Source of the DNA: an uncultured SAR86 cluster bacterium | GTDB taxonomy: Bacteria; Pseudomonadota; Gammaproteobacteria; Magnimaribacterales; AG-339-G14 | Length of the DNA stretch: 64,000 nucleotides | Direction: 5' to 3' | Assembly: GCA_902604535.1 (NCBI GenBank) | Contig: CACKZK010000004.1 | Span: 14,620-78,619 of the forward strand | Part shown: one piece after another, positions 53,376 to 62,622 of the stretch | How positions within the stretch are numbered: position 1 is the first letter of the stretch | Layout of the letters: each line of letters begins with the position of its first letter | The notes under the pieces: generated by a model | Told to the model about the DNA's origin: nothing | The model's database searches: none | Seen by the model: only the letters and a program-made list of their open reading frames with translations | Translations under genes and position numbers: made by a program

Positions 53376-55724
53376 TTAGTAAGAAAATCTATATCTTATT
53401 TTCAAAATAAATTGATCTGAGTAAGTTGTATTCCATCCTTTTGTATATAGCCTATCAAATGATGAAGGGACAATTTCAGAGTTGAAGTAATCTCCTCCCC
53501 TAGTATAAACAGCATAAATATGAGACAAAGGTGCCAATTGGTATTTATACCTGATTTGAAATGCCATTTGACTTAGCTCAAATGAATTTAAGCTTGCGCT
53601 CATAGATTTCATTTTTCCATCTGGAGAGACAAAAAAAGCTTCGGGATCCTCTGCTGTTAAACTATAAAATTGAGCTTTAATTCTTAATTCGTGTTTTCCT
53701 TCATATAATCCTAACGAAAAAGAGGATGACAGTTTTTTCTTATGGTAAAAACCAAATACGTTGTCGTATTCGAATTTACTCCAATTTTCATCTTCATCGT
53801 ATCTGATGAGTCCGAAGTTAATATTCAAATTATCTGTCGGTTTAATTGTTGCACCCAAGTTAAAGCCCCAGCCTTTCTCTTTTCTTGAAAACATAGGATC
53901 ATCGAATTCATATCCTGACGATCTACTCTCTAGTTTCACAGAAGGAATGAAAACAAGAGTCTCTGGTGCCTCGTATCTGATTGCAATGGTATACCCACCT
54001 TTATTTCTTATGAAAGGTGCATCAGGAAAACCTCTTGTTTCCATATAATCTTTTCCAGGGTCTAAAAAACACTCGCAGGAAAGTCTTAAAGAAGAGAAAT
54101 CTTTAAAATCAAGGCCTAGGTTCACATTTGCCAAAGATCCGCCGTATATTCCTGAGGCGCTTTTATTAAATCCACCATTTGAATCTATAGTTAAACTTTG
54201 AAGTTGGGAGTTATTTTCAAAGTCAGCTTCTCTATAGTTTGCTACCCATCCAGTAGACATATATTCCTTCATTTCACTATAACCCATATCGTTAAGATCA
54301 TAGCCCTTGCCATAAGATGAAAAAGCCCACAAACCTGAGAATTTTGTCGTAAATTGTTTCGAAACTAAAGCTCTGATTGCAGATCCATTTTTAGGTAAAA
54401 TTGGATCATCAATGTCTGAGTGGCTTAACATTCCAAAAAAACGAGTATCTTGATCGATGAAATATTCGTAATCTAAAGTATGAACTTGAGCAGATCTTGA
54501 TATATTTGGTTTATCAGCATAAGTTAATAAATAGCCTACTTTTCCTTTATTGAAATTTCTTCTGTAACGAATAGCTTGGAAATTTCTAGCTTTATAAATA
54601 TCCGTTCCCTTCTCAAAAGCAGAGAAAATACCAAACTCATTGATTGCACCGGATTGGGTATACCTTAAAGCAAGATCAATATCACTTGTAGATGAATTAT
54701 CTTTAAGGCATTTATCAGCAAGTCTTTCGTCTAATTGATTGCAGTCATAATCTGGCGCTGCACCAATTCTTCTAGTATTGACAAGATAGGTTCTCCAGCC
54801 AGTTATTTGAAATAAGTTTTGATTTTCAGTGAAGAAAGGTCTCTTATCTTCATAATATGTTTCAGTTGAATCAAAATTAACAATAACATCATCACTTTCT
54901 ACTTGGCCAAAATCAGGATTTATAGTTACATCTAATCTCTTTTCAGCATCTATAGACCAAAATATTTCACCACCTATTTTATTGATTTGTTCATCTGTAA
55001 CTTGCTCTTGTGATATTGAAATATAGGGATAGAAATCGGCGCCGCTTTTTGTATCCCGAGCAAAATTCTTTACTTTTATTGGTTCAAATTTAGATAAAAA
55101 AGCTGAGTCAGTACTCCAAATAGCAGGAAAACTTGACCATTCATTACTGAGAAAATCAAAAGTATTGAATCTTATTTTGATCTCTATTTCGTCTTCAGAA
55201 GATGAGCTAATGGGAGCTACATCCCAAGGTATTAAAAACTCAGAGTACCAAGCCTCACTATCTTTGCTAGTTTTTACGAACCAAACCCCATCCCAATCTT
55301 GATTGAACTGATTTTCATTCGAAACAGTTCCATCGCCAACAGAATCTCCTAGGGATGTTCCAAAAGAAAATCCGTTATTACCGTTTCCCACAAAATCTAT
55401 AATGATAAAATTTCTATCTCCATCTACCATCCATGCATCTCTCTTATGTTGAATTGGGGTTTGTCTCTCTGAAGGTTTAAAATTTTTAAATCCAAAGTAA
55501 ATTCCTTTTTCATTGGCAAAATATAAAACTTCAATTTTATATTTTGATTTTTTCAAGATGTTTGGCTGAACAATTAAAAGGTCATCAATTGACTTAGCTG
55601 AATTCCATTCTTCTTCATCAAGAATCCCATCGATGAGAATATCACCTATTGAAAAGCTAGGAATGAGGAGTAAGTATAGAAAAATTATGAAATTTTTCTT
55701 AAGTTTCAATTTGGAATAAATCAA
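53376..55724 (-). CDS. Outer-membrane protein, N-terminal CBM9/DOMON-like domain + DUF5916-type beta-barrel (paralog 2)
   Basis: 782 aa, co-linear with paralog 1 along its whole length. No ATG start: TTG at 55724, or at 55709 giving MKLKKNFIIFLYLLLIPSFSIG. Ends ...LKIRYRFSY. Confidence 0.65.
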   Translation of the reverse strand: MIYSKLKLKKNFIIFLYLLLIPSFSIGDILIDGILDEEEWNSAKSIDDLLIVQPNILKKSKYKIEVLYFANEKGIYFGFKNFKPSERQTPIQHKRDAWMVDGDRNFIIIDFVGNGNNGFSFGTSLGDSVGDGTVSNENQFNQDWDGVWFVKTSKDSEAWYSEFLIPWDVAPISSSSEDEIEIKIRFNTFDFLSNEWSSFPAIWSTDSAFLSKFEPIKVKNFARDTKSGADFYPYISISQEQVTDEQINKIGGEIFWSIDAEKRLDVTINPDFGQVESDDVIVNFDSTETYYEDKRPFFTENQNLFQITGWRTYLVNTRRIGAAPDYDCNQLDERLADKCLKDNSSTSDIDLALRYTQSGAINEFGIFSAFEKGTDIYKARNFQAIRYRRNFNKGKVGYLLTYADKPNISRSAQVHTLDYEYFIDQDTRFFGMLSHSDIDDPILPKNGSAIRALVSKQFTTKFSGLWAFSSYGKGYDLNDMGYSEMKEYMSTGWVANYREADFENNSQLQSLTIDSNGGFNKSASGIYGGSLANVNLGLDFKDFSSLRLSCECFLDPGKDYMETRGFPDAPFIRNKGGYTIAIRYEAPETLVFIPSVKLESRSSGYEFDDPMFSRKEKGWGFNLGATIKPTDNLNINFGLIRYDEDENWSKFEYDNVFGFYHKKKLSSSFSLGLYEGKHELRIKAQFYSLTAEDPEAFFVSPDGKMKSMSASLNSFELSQMAFQIRYKYQLAPLSHIYAVYTRGGDYFNSEIVPSSFDRLYTKGWNTTYSDQFILKIRYRFSY

Positions 55725-55741
55725 GAGGATTTTTCGCAGAT

Positions 55742-56140
55742 TTATTCTACGAAGATCGTAATTTTATCGGAAATGACCGGCTCTCTGTGTGGAATGTGGA
55801 GATAATTTCCCATTAAAAGTTGCAAGGTTCTTTTTCCCTTGGGTAATTCAAGAACTGTTTGAGTCTGACCTTTACCAAAGTGAATGTGGTTTTTATCAGC
55901 TGGAATTGGTTTTGAGAGATTAGGTAAATTTTCTAAATCAACAAGGAGATGATGATGACCAGTATTAGGAAAATCTATTCCTGCAGGAGCCACTCCCATT
56001 CCTGATAACCCAAAAACTATTTTTACAGGTCCTTTTAATGTTGCACCATCCTTAGGCTCAATAAAATAAAGCTCAATCTCGCTTGACGATACAAAGCTTG
56101 AGCAAAAAACAAAAATTAATAAATGAAATACTTTAAACAT
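55742..56140 (-). CDS. Secreted DUF4399-like protein with His cluster
   Basis: 132 aa. Signal peptide MFKVFHLLIFVFCSSFVSSSE. NTGHHHLLVD and HIHFGKGQT motifs as I recall for DUF4399. Its start overlaps the upstream gene by 8 nt. Confidence 0.55.
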   Translation of the reverse strand: MFKVFHLLIFVFCSSFVSSSEIELYFIEPKDGATLKGPVKIVFGLSGMGVAPAGIDFPNTGHHHLLVDLENLPNLSKPIPADKNHIHFGKGQTQTVLELPKGKRTLQLLMGNYLHIPHREPVISDKITIFVE

Positions 56141-56591
56141 ATTTTCCTTCTTGATATATCAGGGGTAACGAAGCCTCATTATGAATTAAATCTTTGATCT
56201 CACCAATGAAGATAGAGTGAGTAGTGTCTTCCATGATTTCTTTTAAGTTGCAGAAGAGATTTGATTGTGCATTTTCCAAATATGGGGTCTCCCCCTTTTT
56301 AAGCCAAGAATCATTAGAAAATCTTTCATTAATTTTCTCTGAATTACTACAAATATCAGCCACATGTTCTTGTTCCTTACTTAATAAATTAAGACAAAAA
56401 GATTCAGTAGTTTTTAAGAAGTCGTGCATAGCTGCAGATTTATTTATACAAACAAGCATTCTTGGTGGGTTAGCTGATAAAGAGGCTACTGAAGAAACAG
56501 TCATTGCCTCTTTCGAAACTGAATTTCCTGAAGAAATTACATAAACTGTTTGAGCTTGAGTTCTTAAAATATTTAGAAATATATCTTGCAT
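56133..56591 (-). CDS. Flavin reductase-like (FMN-binding split-barrel) domain protein
   Basis: 152 aa. MTVSSVASLSANPPRMLVCINKSAAMHDFL and HSIFIGEI...LPLIYQEGKY parallel flavin-reductase-domain patterns. No signal peptide. Confidence 0.7.
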   Translation of the reverse strand: MQDIFLNILRTQAQTVYVISSGNSVSKEAMTVSSVASLSANPPRMLVCINKSAAMHDFLKTTESFCLNLLSKEQEHVADICSNSEKINERFSNDSWLKKGETPYLENAQSNLFCNLKEIMEDTTHSIFIGEIKDLIHNEASLPLIYQEGKYV

Positions 56592-56629
56592 TTTGTTGCG
56601 ATTAGAAAAGAGAATTATAAAAGAAAATT

Positions 56630-57199
56630 ATGAGCAATAAAGCAATAAAAGGATCTTTCAGAATAATAGGCGGAAAATACAAAGGAAGAAAATTTGAATT
56701 CATTCCTTCTGATGTTCTGAGACCAACTCCAGACAGGATAAGAGAAACACTATTTAATTGGCTTGGACAAATTGTTGGTAATAAAAACTGTTTAGATATA
56801 TTTGCTGGAACTGGATCCTTAGGACTTGAGTCCTTATCAAGAGGAGCAGATAAAGTTACATTCGTTGAAAAAAATTCTCATCATTTAAATAAAATTAAAG
56901 AGTACGTTGAGAACATTAAAGCTGACAAAGATGTCTTTATAATTAAAAAAGATGTACTGACTTGGTTGGATGAAACAAATCAAGAGTTTGATTTAATATT
57001 TGTTGATCCGCCTTTTTATAAACAGCTTGCTGAGAAAGTCCTTTTAAAAATTAGATCAAATTCCCTGCTTTCTAAATTCGGGAAAATTTATCTGGAAGTA
57101 GAAAAAGAGTTGGATTTAAATTTTTTGGTGAAGGATTGGGACATCGTAAAAGAGACTAAATCTGGCAAAAAGCAGTATTTATTACTCAAAGAAAAATAG
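56630..57199 (+). CDS. rsmD: 16S rRNA (guanine966-N2)-methyltransferase
   Basis: 189 aa. RIIGGKYKGRKF...LRPTPDRIRETLFNWL, DIFAGTGSLGLESLSRGA and the DPPF motif. Confidence 0.9.
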   Translation: MSNKAIKGSFRIIGGKYKGRKFEFIPSDVLRPTPDRIRETLFNWLGQIVGNKNCLDIFAGTGSLGLESLSRGADKVTFVEKNSHHLNKIKEYVENIKADKDVFIIKKDVLTWLDETNQEFDLIFVDPPFYKQLAEKVLLKIRSNSLLSKFGKIYLEVEKELDLNFLVKDWDIVKETKSGKKQYLLLKEK

Positions 57200-58462
57200 T
57201 TATTTACCTTTCTTCATTGAGCTGAAGAATTCATTGTTGGTCTTATGTTTGCCAAGTTTATCTATCAGCCATTCAGTTGCATCAACATCTTCCATATCAT
57301 TGAGAAGCTTTCTAAGAATATTAATCCTTTGAAGTTCTGCATCATCAGTTATCAACTCTTCTCTTCTTGTTCCTGATCGTCTTATGTTTATGGCTGGAAA
57401 GACTCTTCTTTCTGCAATTGATCTGTCTAGGTGAATTTCTTGATTTCCAGTCCCCTTGAATTCCTCATAAATTACTTCGTCCATTCTAGATCCAGTATCA
57501 ATAAGTGCAGTTGCAATTATGGTGAGGCTCCCACCGCCTTCAATATTTCTCGCAGCACCAAAAAATCTTTTTGGTTTTTCTAAAGCGTTAGCATCCACAC
57601 CTCCCGTTAATATTTTTCCAGAAGCTGCTTGGGTAGAATTATAAGCTCTAGCTAGACGAGTAATTGAATCTAGCAAGATGATGACATCATTTTTTGTTTC
57701 AACAAGTCTCCTAGCTTTAGCAATTACCATTTCAGCTACTTGCACATGTCTTGAAGGTGGTTCGTCAAAAGTAGAAGCAACAACTTCACCACGAACTGAA
57801 CGTTTCATATCTGTTACTTCTTCAGGTCTTTCATCGACTAAAAGAACCATAAGCTTGCTATCAGGACTATTTCTTTCTATTGAATGAGCAATTGTTTGAA
57901 GAAGAAGAGTTTTTCCTGCTTTCGGGGGAGATACAATTAATCCTCTTTGCCCTTTACCTGTTGGAGCAGTTAAATCAATAATTCTTGCTGATAAATCTTC
58001 TGTAGTCCCGTTTCCAGCTTCCATGACGATTCTTTCTTCAGGGAATAATGGTGTTAAGTTTTCAAAAGCAACTTTTGATTTCGTTTGTTCTGGAGCAGTA
58101 AAATTTATTTTTTCTATCTTTAAAAGTGCAAAATATCTCTCACCTTCCTTAGGTGGTCTTATTTTTCCAGATATGGAATCACCAGTCTTAAGCCCAAATC
58201 TTCTAATTTGGCTGGGAGAAACATATATATCATCTGCACCAGCTAAATAAGAAGAAGACGGTGATCTCAAAAACCCAAATCCGTCATTTAGAATTTCAAG
58301 AACGCCTTCGCCTTCTATATCTTCACCTTTTCCAGAATGAGATTTGAGAATTCCAAAAATAACATCTTGTTTTTTTGAGCGGGCAAGATTTTCAATACCC
58401 ATCTCTTCAGCAAGACTGAGTAATTCTTCTACGGGCTTGGCTTTTAATTGGCCTAAATGCAT
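57200..58462 (-). CDS. rho: Transcription termination factor Rho
   Basis: 420 aa. [27 protein letters not shown]-terminus and [16 protein letters not shown]-loop. trxA-rho synteny. Confidence 0.97.
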   Translation of the reverse strand: MHLGQLKAKPVEELLSLAEEMGIENLARSKKQDVIFGILKSHSGKGEDIEGEGVLEILNDGFGFLRSPSSSYLAGADDIYVSPSQIRRFGLKTGDSISGKIRPPKEGERYFALLKIEKINFTAPEQTKSKVAFENLTPLFPEERIVMEAGNGTTEDLSARIIDLTAPTGKGQRGLIVSPPKAGKTLLLQTIAHSIERNSPDSKLMVLLVDERPEEVTDMKRSVRGEVVASTFDEPPSRHVQVAEMVIAKARRLVETKNDVIILLDSITRLARAYNSTQAASGKILTGGVDANALEKPKRFFGAARNIEGGGSLTIIATALIDTGSRMDEVIYEEFKGTGNQEIHLDRSIAERRVFPAINIRRSGTRREELITDDAELQRINILRKLLNDMEDVDATEWLIDKLGKHKTNNEFFSSMKKGK

Positions 58463-58545
58463 AACAAATATTGGGATTTAATTAAAGATTGTCTAAGACT
58501 AGGTGGATTAATTTAACACCTTAGTTACCCCTAGTCTAGGTTAAA

Positions 58546-58866
58546 TTAAATGTGTGGTTCTATAAATGATAAAAGCTGAGCCTTTGATAAAGCACCTATT
58601 GCCTGATCAACTATCTCACCATCCTTGAATAGAATTAGCGTTGGAATGCTCATTATGTTTAATTGAGCAGCTAACTCTTGATTTGCGTCAACATCAACTT
58701 TTCCAACAGTGAGCTTTTCTGACATGTCAGAGGCAACTTCTTCCAGTATCGGGGCTACCATTTTGCATGGGCCACACCATTCTGCCCAGTAATCTACTAG
58801 CACAGGTTTATTCGACCCAACAGTTTCTGTAAAATTTTCTTTATTTAGCTCTATCGTGTTACTCAT
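58546..58866 (-). CDS. trxA: Thioredoxin
   Basis: 106 aa. WAEWCGPCK active site. Confidence 0.96.
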   Translation of the reverse strand: MSNTIELNKENFTETVGSNKPVLVDYWAEWCGPCKMVAPILEEVASDMSEKLTVGKVDVDANQELAAQLNIMSIPTLILFKDGEIVDQAIGALSKAQLLSFIEPHI

Positions 58867-58901
58867 AATATTATTATTAGGTTGAATTTAAAAAATGCAA
58901 A

Positions 58902-60572
58902 TTAAAAGTTATCTGTTATGGCACCCTCAGACGCTGATGCCACAGATCTTGCGTATTTAGCTAGAACTCCTCTTTTTGGAGGCTTTTTTAAAGATTGCCA
59001 TTTCTTCTTTCTGTCAACTAGCTGTGTTTCAGAGATATCAACATTTATTTGATCTTTTTTTGCATCAATGGTGACTAGATCTCCATCATGTAAAAGCCCA
59101 ATTGGACCTCCGTTTGCAGCCTCAGGAGTAATATGACCAACCACAAAACCGTGAGACCCGCCTGAGAATCTTCCATCAGTAATAAGCGCAACTTTATCGC
59201 CTAGCCCAGCTCCCATAATTGCAGCTGTAGGTTTTAGCATTTCCCTCATACCAGGACCTCCCACAGGACCTTCGTATCTGATAACTATTACCGAACCTTC
59301 TTGAATGGTATTTTTGAAAATAGCATCAACAGCCTCTTCTTCAGATTCAAATATTATTGCAGGACCTGAAAAAGATAATCCCTCTTTTCCAGTTATTTTG
59401 GCTACAGCCCCTTCAGGAGCCAGATTACCTTTCAAAATCCTAATATGACTTTCTTTCTTAATTGGATTACTAATTTGAGAAATAATTTTTTGGTCATCTT
59501 TATACGGTTCAATATTTTTAAGGTTTTCTTCTATAGTTTTTCCTGAAACGGTCAAACAACTTCCATCAAGCAATCCTTCAGAAAGCATCATTTTCATTAA
59601 AGGTTGGATTCCTCCTTGCTCGTTCAAATCACTCATTAAATAATAACCAGAAGGCCTGATGTCAGATAAAACGGGTGTAATTTTTCCAATCCTAGTGAAG
59701 TCATCGAGGTTTAAATCAACATTTGCAGATTTTGCCATTGCCAAAAGATGGAGCACCGCATTAGTTGAACCACCCAAAGCAATCACTACTTTAATAGAAT
59801 TTTCAAAAGCACTCTTAGTTAATATGTCACTGGGTTTAATATCTTTTTCTAATAAATAGTCGATAGCTTTTCCTACTGCTAAGCAATCATTTCTCTTCTC
59901 CTCAGAAATAGCATCTTGTGAACTGCTACCAGGCAAGCTCATTCCCAAAGCTTCAATTGCCGATGCCATAGTGTTTGCCGTATACATTCCTCCACAAGAA
60001 CCAGGTCCAGGAAGTGCATTTTTCTCAATTGCAATGAGTTCGTCCTCACTTATTTGATTTTGAGAGTATGCTCCAACTTTCTCAAGAACAGTAGCAAAAT
60101 CTGTATGATCCTTTCCTGGTTTGATAGAGCCGCCATAGACAAACAAACTTGGCCTATCTAATCTTATCAATCCCATCATGCAACCAGGCATATTTTTATC
60201 GCATCCACCAATCGCTACAACAGAATCAAATGACTGACACCCAACAACTGTCTCAATTGAATCTGCAATGACTTCCCTAGATACCAAGGAATATCTCATT
60301 CCTAATGTACCCATTGAGATACCATCAGAAATTGTAATAGTATTAAAAAGAACTGATTTTAAGCCAGCATGATCAACAGAATTGCATATGGTTTCTGCTA
60401 ATTCATTAATGTGCATATTGCAAGGAGTCACATTCGACCAAGTTGAGGCAATGCCAACTTGTGGCTTTTTAAAATCCTCGTCTGTAAAACCTGTTGGTCT
60501 TAGCATTGACCTCGCTCCAGCTTGATCGATTCCGTCAACTAGAGAAGATGAATATTTTCTTTTTTTAGACAT
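58902..60572 (-). CDS. ilvD: Dihydroxy-acid dehydratase
   Basis: 556 aa. ...[16 protein letters not shown]..., ...GGCDKNMPG... and ...[22 protein letters not shown].... Confidence 0.95.
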   Translation of the reverse strand: MSKKRKYSSSLVDGIDQAGARSMLRPTGFTDEDFKKPQVGIASTWSNVTPCNMHINELAETICNSVDHAGLKSVLFNTITISDGISMGTLGMRYSLVSREVIADSIETVVGCQSFDSVVAIGGCDKNMPGCMMGLIRLDRPSLFVYGGSIKPGKDHTDFATVLEKVGAYSQNQISEDELIAIEKNALPGPGSCGGMYTANTMASAIEALGMSLPGSSSQDAISEEKRNDCLAVGKAIDYLLEKDIKPSDILTKSAFENSIKVVIALGGSTNAVLHLLAMAKSANVDLNLDDFTRIGKITPVLSDIRPSGYYLMSDLNEQGGIQPLMKMMLSEGLLDGSCLTVSGKTIEENLKNIEPYKDDQKIISQISNPIKKESHIRILKGNLAPEGAVAKITGKEGLSFSGPAIIFESEEEAVDAIFKNTIQEGSVIVIRYEGPVGGPGMREMLKPTAAIMGAGLGDKVALITDGRFSGGSHGFVVGHITPEAANGGPIGLLHDGDLVTIDAKKDQINVDISETQLVDRKKKWQSLKKPPKRGVLAKYARSVASASEGAITDNF

Positions 60573-60577
60573 TGTGA

Positions 60578-62173
60578 CTAATTATAAGCAGCGTTTATAA
60601 GATTGATTGTATATCCATCTTGAGGTGTATCAAATATTTGATCAGTTGGACCAGATTCGATTATTGAGCCTTTTTTCATTACTAAAACTCTATCTGACAT
60701 TGATCTTATAACTCTTAAATCATGACTGATCAAAACATAGCTTATATTTTTTGAATTTTGTAAATCCTTTAACAACAGAAGTATCTCCTTTTGAATTGAA
60801 ACATCTAAAGCTGATGTTGGCTCATCCAGCAAAATCAATTTAGGATTTGTAATCAAAGCCCTTGCGATAGCAATTCTTTGTCTTTGACCTCCGGAAAATT
60901 CGTGTGGAAATTTTTTTAGACAAGAAGGATCTAAATGAACGTCGTTTATTGATTCTAGGATGCGTTGTTTTTTTTCTTTTTCACTCATTTGTTTGAAATG
61001 GATATCCAAACCTTCTTTTATAATCTCTTCCACTTTCATTCGAGGGGAAAGAGAACTAAATGGATCTTGAAAAACTACCTGACAATTCTTTCTTAGATTA
61101 CTTAACTTATCTTTTTTCAATATTTCATTTTCAAATAAAATTTTTCCTGAATATTCTTCAATACCTAAAATTGCTTTGAGAATAGTTGATTTCCCTGATC
61201 CTGATTCTCCTACAATTCCTAGGGTGGAATTAGTGATTAAAGAAAATGAGATTTTTTTAACTGCATCAAACCTTTCTTCCTTTTGAAGAAAAGAAGCTTC
61301 TTTAACTTGATAGCTTACATTTAGATTTTTGCATTCCAGAATTTTAGAACCTGACATGCTTTTAATCTTTTTAGGTTCGGGAATAGACTCTAATAATCTT
61401 TTTGTATAAGAATCTTTTGGATTAGAAAAAATGTCTGAAGTGGTTCCTTGCTCTATTACATTTCCTTGATTCATCACCAAAACCTTATCTGCGAATCGTT
61501 TCACAACATTTAAATCATGCGTTATAAAAATTATGCTAAGGTTTTCCTCCTCTTTCAATTTGTTCAGAAGGATTAGTAATTCTTTTTCAACAGTAACGTC
61601 CAAGGCTGTTGTCGGCTCATCCGCGATCAATATTTGAGGATTGTTTGATAAAGCCATTGCGATCATGACCCTTTGTCTTTGTCCTCCTGAAAGCTGATGA
61701 GGAAATGAAGAAAACTTTTGCTCTGGGTCTTCTATTTCAACTTTCCTTAATAAATCTATGGCTTTCTCTCTTGCATCTTTTTTAAATACTTTATTATGGA
61801 CTTGAATTGACTCTATGATTTGCTTTCCAACTTTTATAAAAGGGTTCAAAGAAGTCATAGGCTCTTGAAATATCATTGATATTCTCTTCCCTCTGATATT
61901 TTCAAGTTCTTTTTTGGGCAGATCAATGAGTTCTGAACCTTTAAAGTTTATGGAACTATCTTTGCTGTGAAATGCAATTGGATAAGGAAGTAATTGCATA
62001 ATAGATAAAGCTGTAACTGATTTCCCTGATCCACTTTCTCCTACAATAGCTAAAGTTTCCTTTTCAGAAAGATTAAAATTTAAATTATGAACTGCCTTAA
62101 AAGTTGAAGATTCATTTGCAAATTCAACATTAAGGTTGTTAACTTTTAAAATTGTTTCACCAAAATTATTCAT
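60578..62173 (-). CDS. Double-NBD ABC transporter ATP-binding protein, Dpp/Opp-type (YejF-like)
   Basis: The track ORF starts at TTG 62215. The ATG at 62173 gives [18 protein letters not shown], co-linear with the E. coli YejF N-terminus. Two Walker A motifs (GESGSGKS twice) and two signature motifs ([16 protein letters not shown]). Confidence 0.85.
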   Translation of the reverse strand: MNNFGETILKVNNLNVEFANESSTFKAVHNLNFNLSEKETLAIVGESGSGKSVTALSIMQLLPYPIAFHSKDSSINFKGSELIDLPKKELENIRGKRISMIFQEPMTSLNPFIKVGKQIIESIQVHNKVFKKDAREKAIDLLRKVEIEDPEQKFSSFPHQLSGGQRQRVMIAMALSNNPQILIADEPTTALDVTVEKELLILLNKLKEEENLSIIFITHDLNVVKRFADKVLVMNQGNVIEQGTTSDIFSNPKDSYTKRLLESIPEPKKIKSMSGSKILECKNLNVSYQVKEASFLQKEERFDAVKKISFSLITNSTLGIVGESGSGKSTILKAILGIEEYSGKILFENEILKKDKLSNLRKNCQVVFQDPFSSLSPRMKVEEIIKEGLDIHFKQMSEKEKKQRILESINDVHLDPSCLKKFPHEFSGGQRQRIAIARALITNPKLILLDEPTSALDVSIQKEILLLLKDLQNSKNISYVLISHDLRVIRSMSDRVLVMKKGSIIESGPTDQIFDTPQDGYTINLINAAYN

Positions 62174-62612
62174 GAATTTATTTTTACTTTTTTTTTCAGC
62201 TGTCTTTTCAAGCAATAGTTTCTTGTTTATCGGGACGAGTGATCAGTTCGTATCTCCTGAGGAGGCATATACTATCACTATAAATTCTTTTGATGATCAT
62301 GTTTTGATAGATTTGAAATTACATCAAAATGTTTACGTTTATGCCGATAAGCTAAACTACTCAATCTCTCCGGCAAATAAAAATTTTAAGGTAGATACAG
62401 AGTCATCAGTTATAAAAGATGAGTTTTTTGGAGAATCTGAAGTCTTCATTAATAATATTTTCTTTAATGTCCCAAATCTGAAGGATGGCATTTTGTCATT
62501 AAAATTAAACTATTTGGGATGCTACCAAGGGAAGTACTGCTACCCGGAAAAAAATAACAAAATAGATCTATTATTCAAAGAAAATCGTTTAATTTCAAAA
62601 AAAATACTTTAA
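62172..62612 (+). CDS. Stand-alone DsbD N-terminal (alpha) domain protein
   Basis: The track ORF starts at TTG 62136. The ATG at 62172 gives the signal-like [27 protein letters not shown]..., VYVYADKL, KDEFFGESEVF and LNYLGCYQGKYCYPE align by eye with E. coli DsbD residues ~QFVPADQAFAF..., YYLYRKQI, EDEFYGKSEIY and TYQGCADAGFCYPP. The ORF stops 10 nt before aroQ, with no TM or thioredoxin domain. Confidence 0.6.
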   Translation: MNLFLLFFSAVFSSNSFLFIGTSDQFVSPEEAYTITINSFDDHVLIDLKLHQNVYVYADKLNYSISPANKNFKVDTESSVIKDEFFGESEVFINNIFFNVPNLKDGILSLKLNYLGCYQGKYCYPEKNNKIDLLFKENRLISKKIL

Positions 62613-62622
62613 AATTCGCTAA

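Noticed and set aside
58496-58537. Inverted repeat AGACTAGG ... CCTAGTCT between trxA and rho, considered as a trxA terminator or rho attenuator.
   Set aside because: The stem is 8 bp with a 26-nt loop and no downstream T-tract on the transcribed (minus) strand, so it is not a credible intrinsic terminator. A role in the rho leader cannot be judged from the sequence alone.
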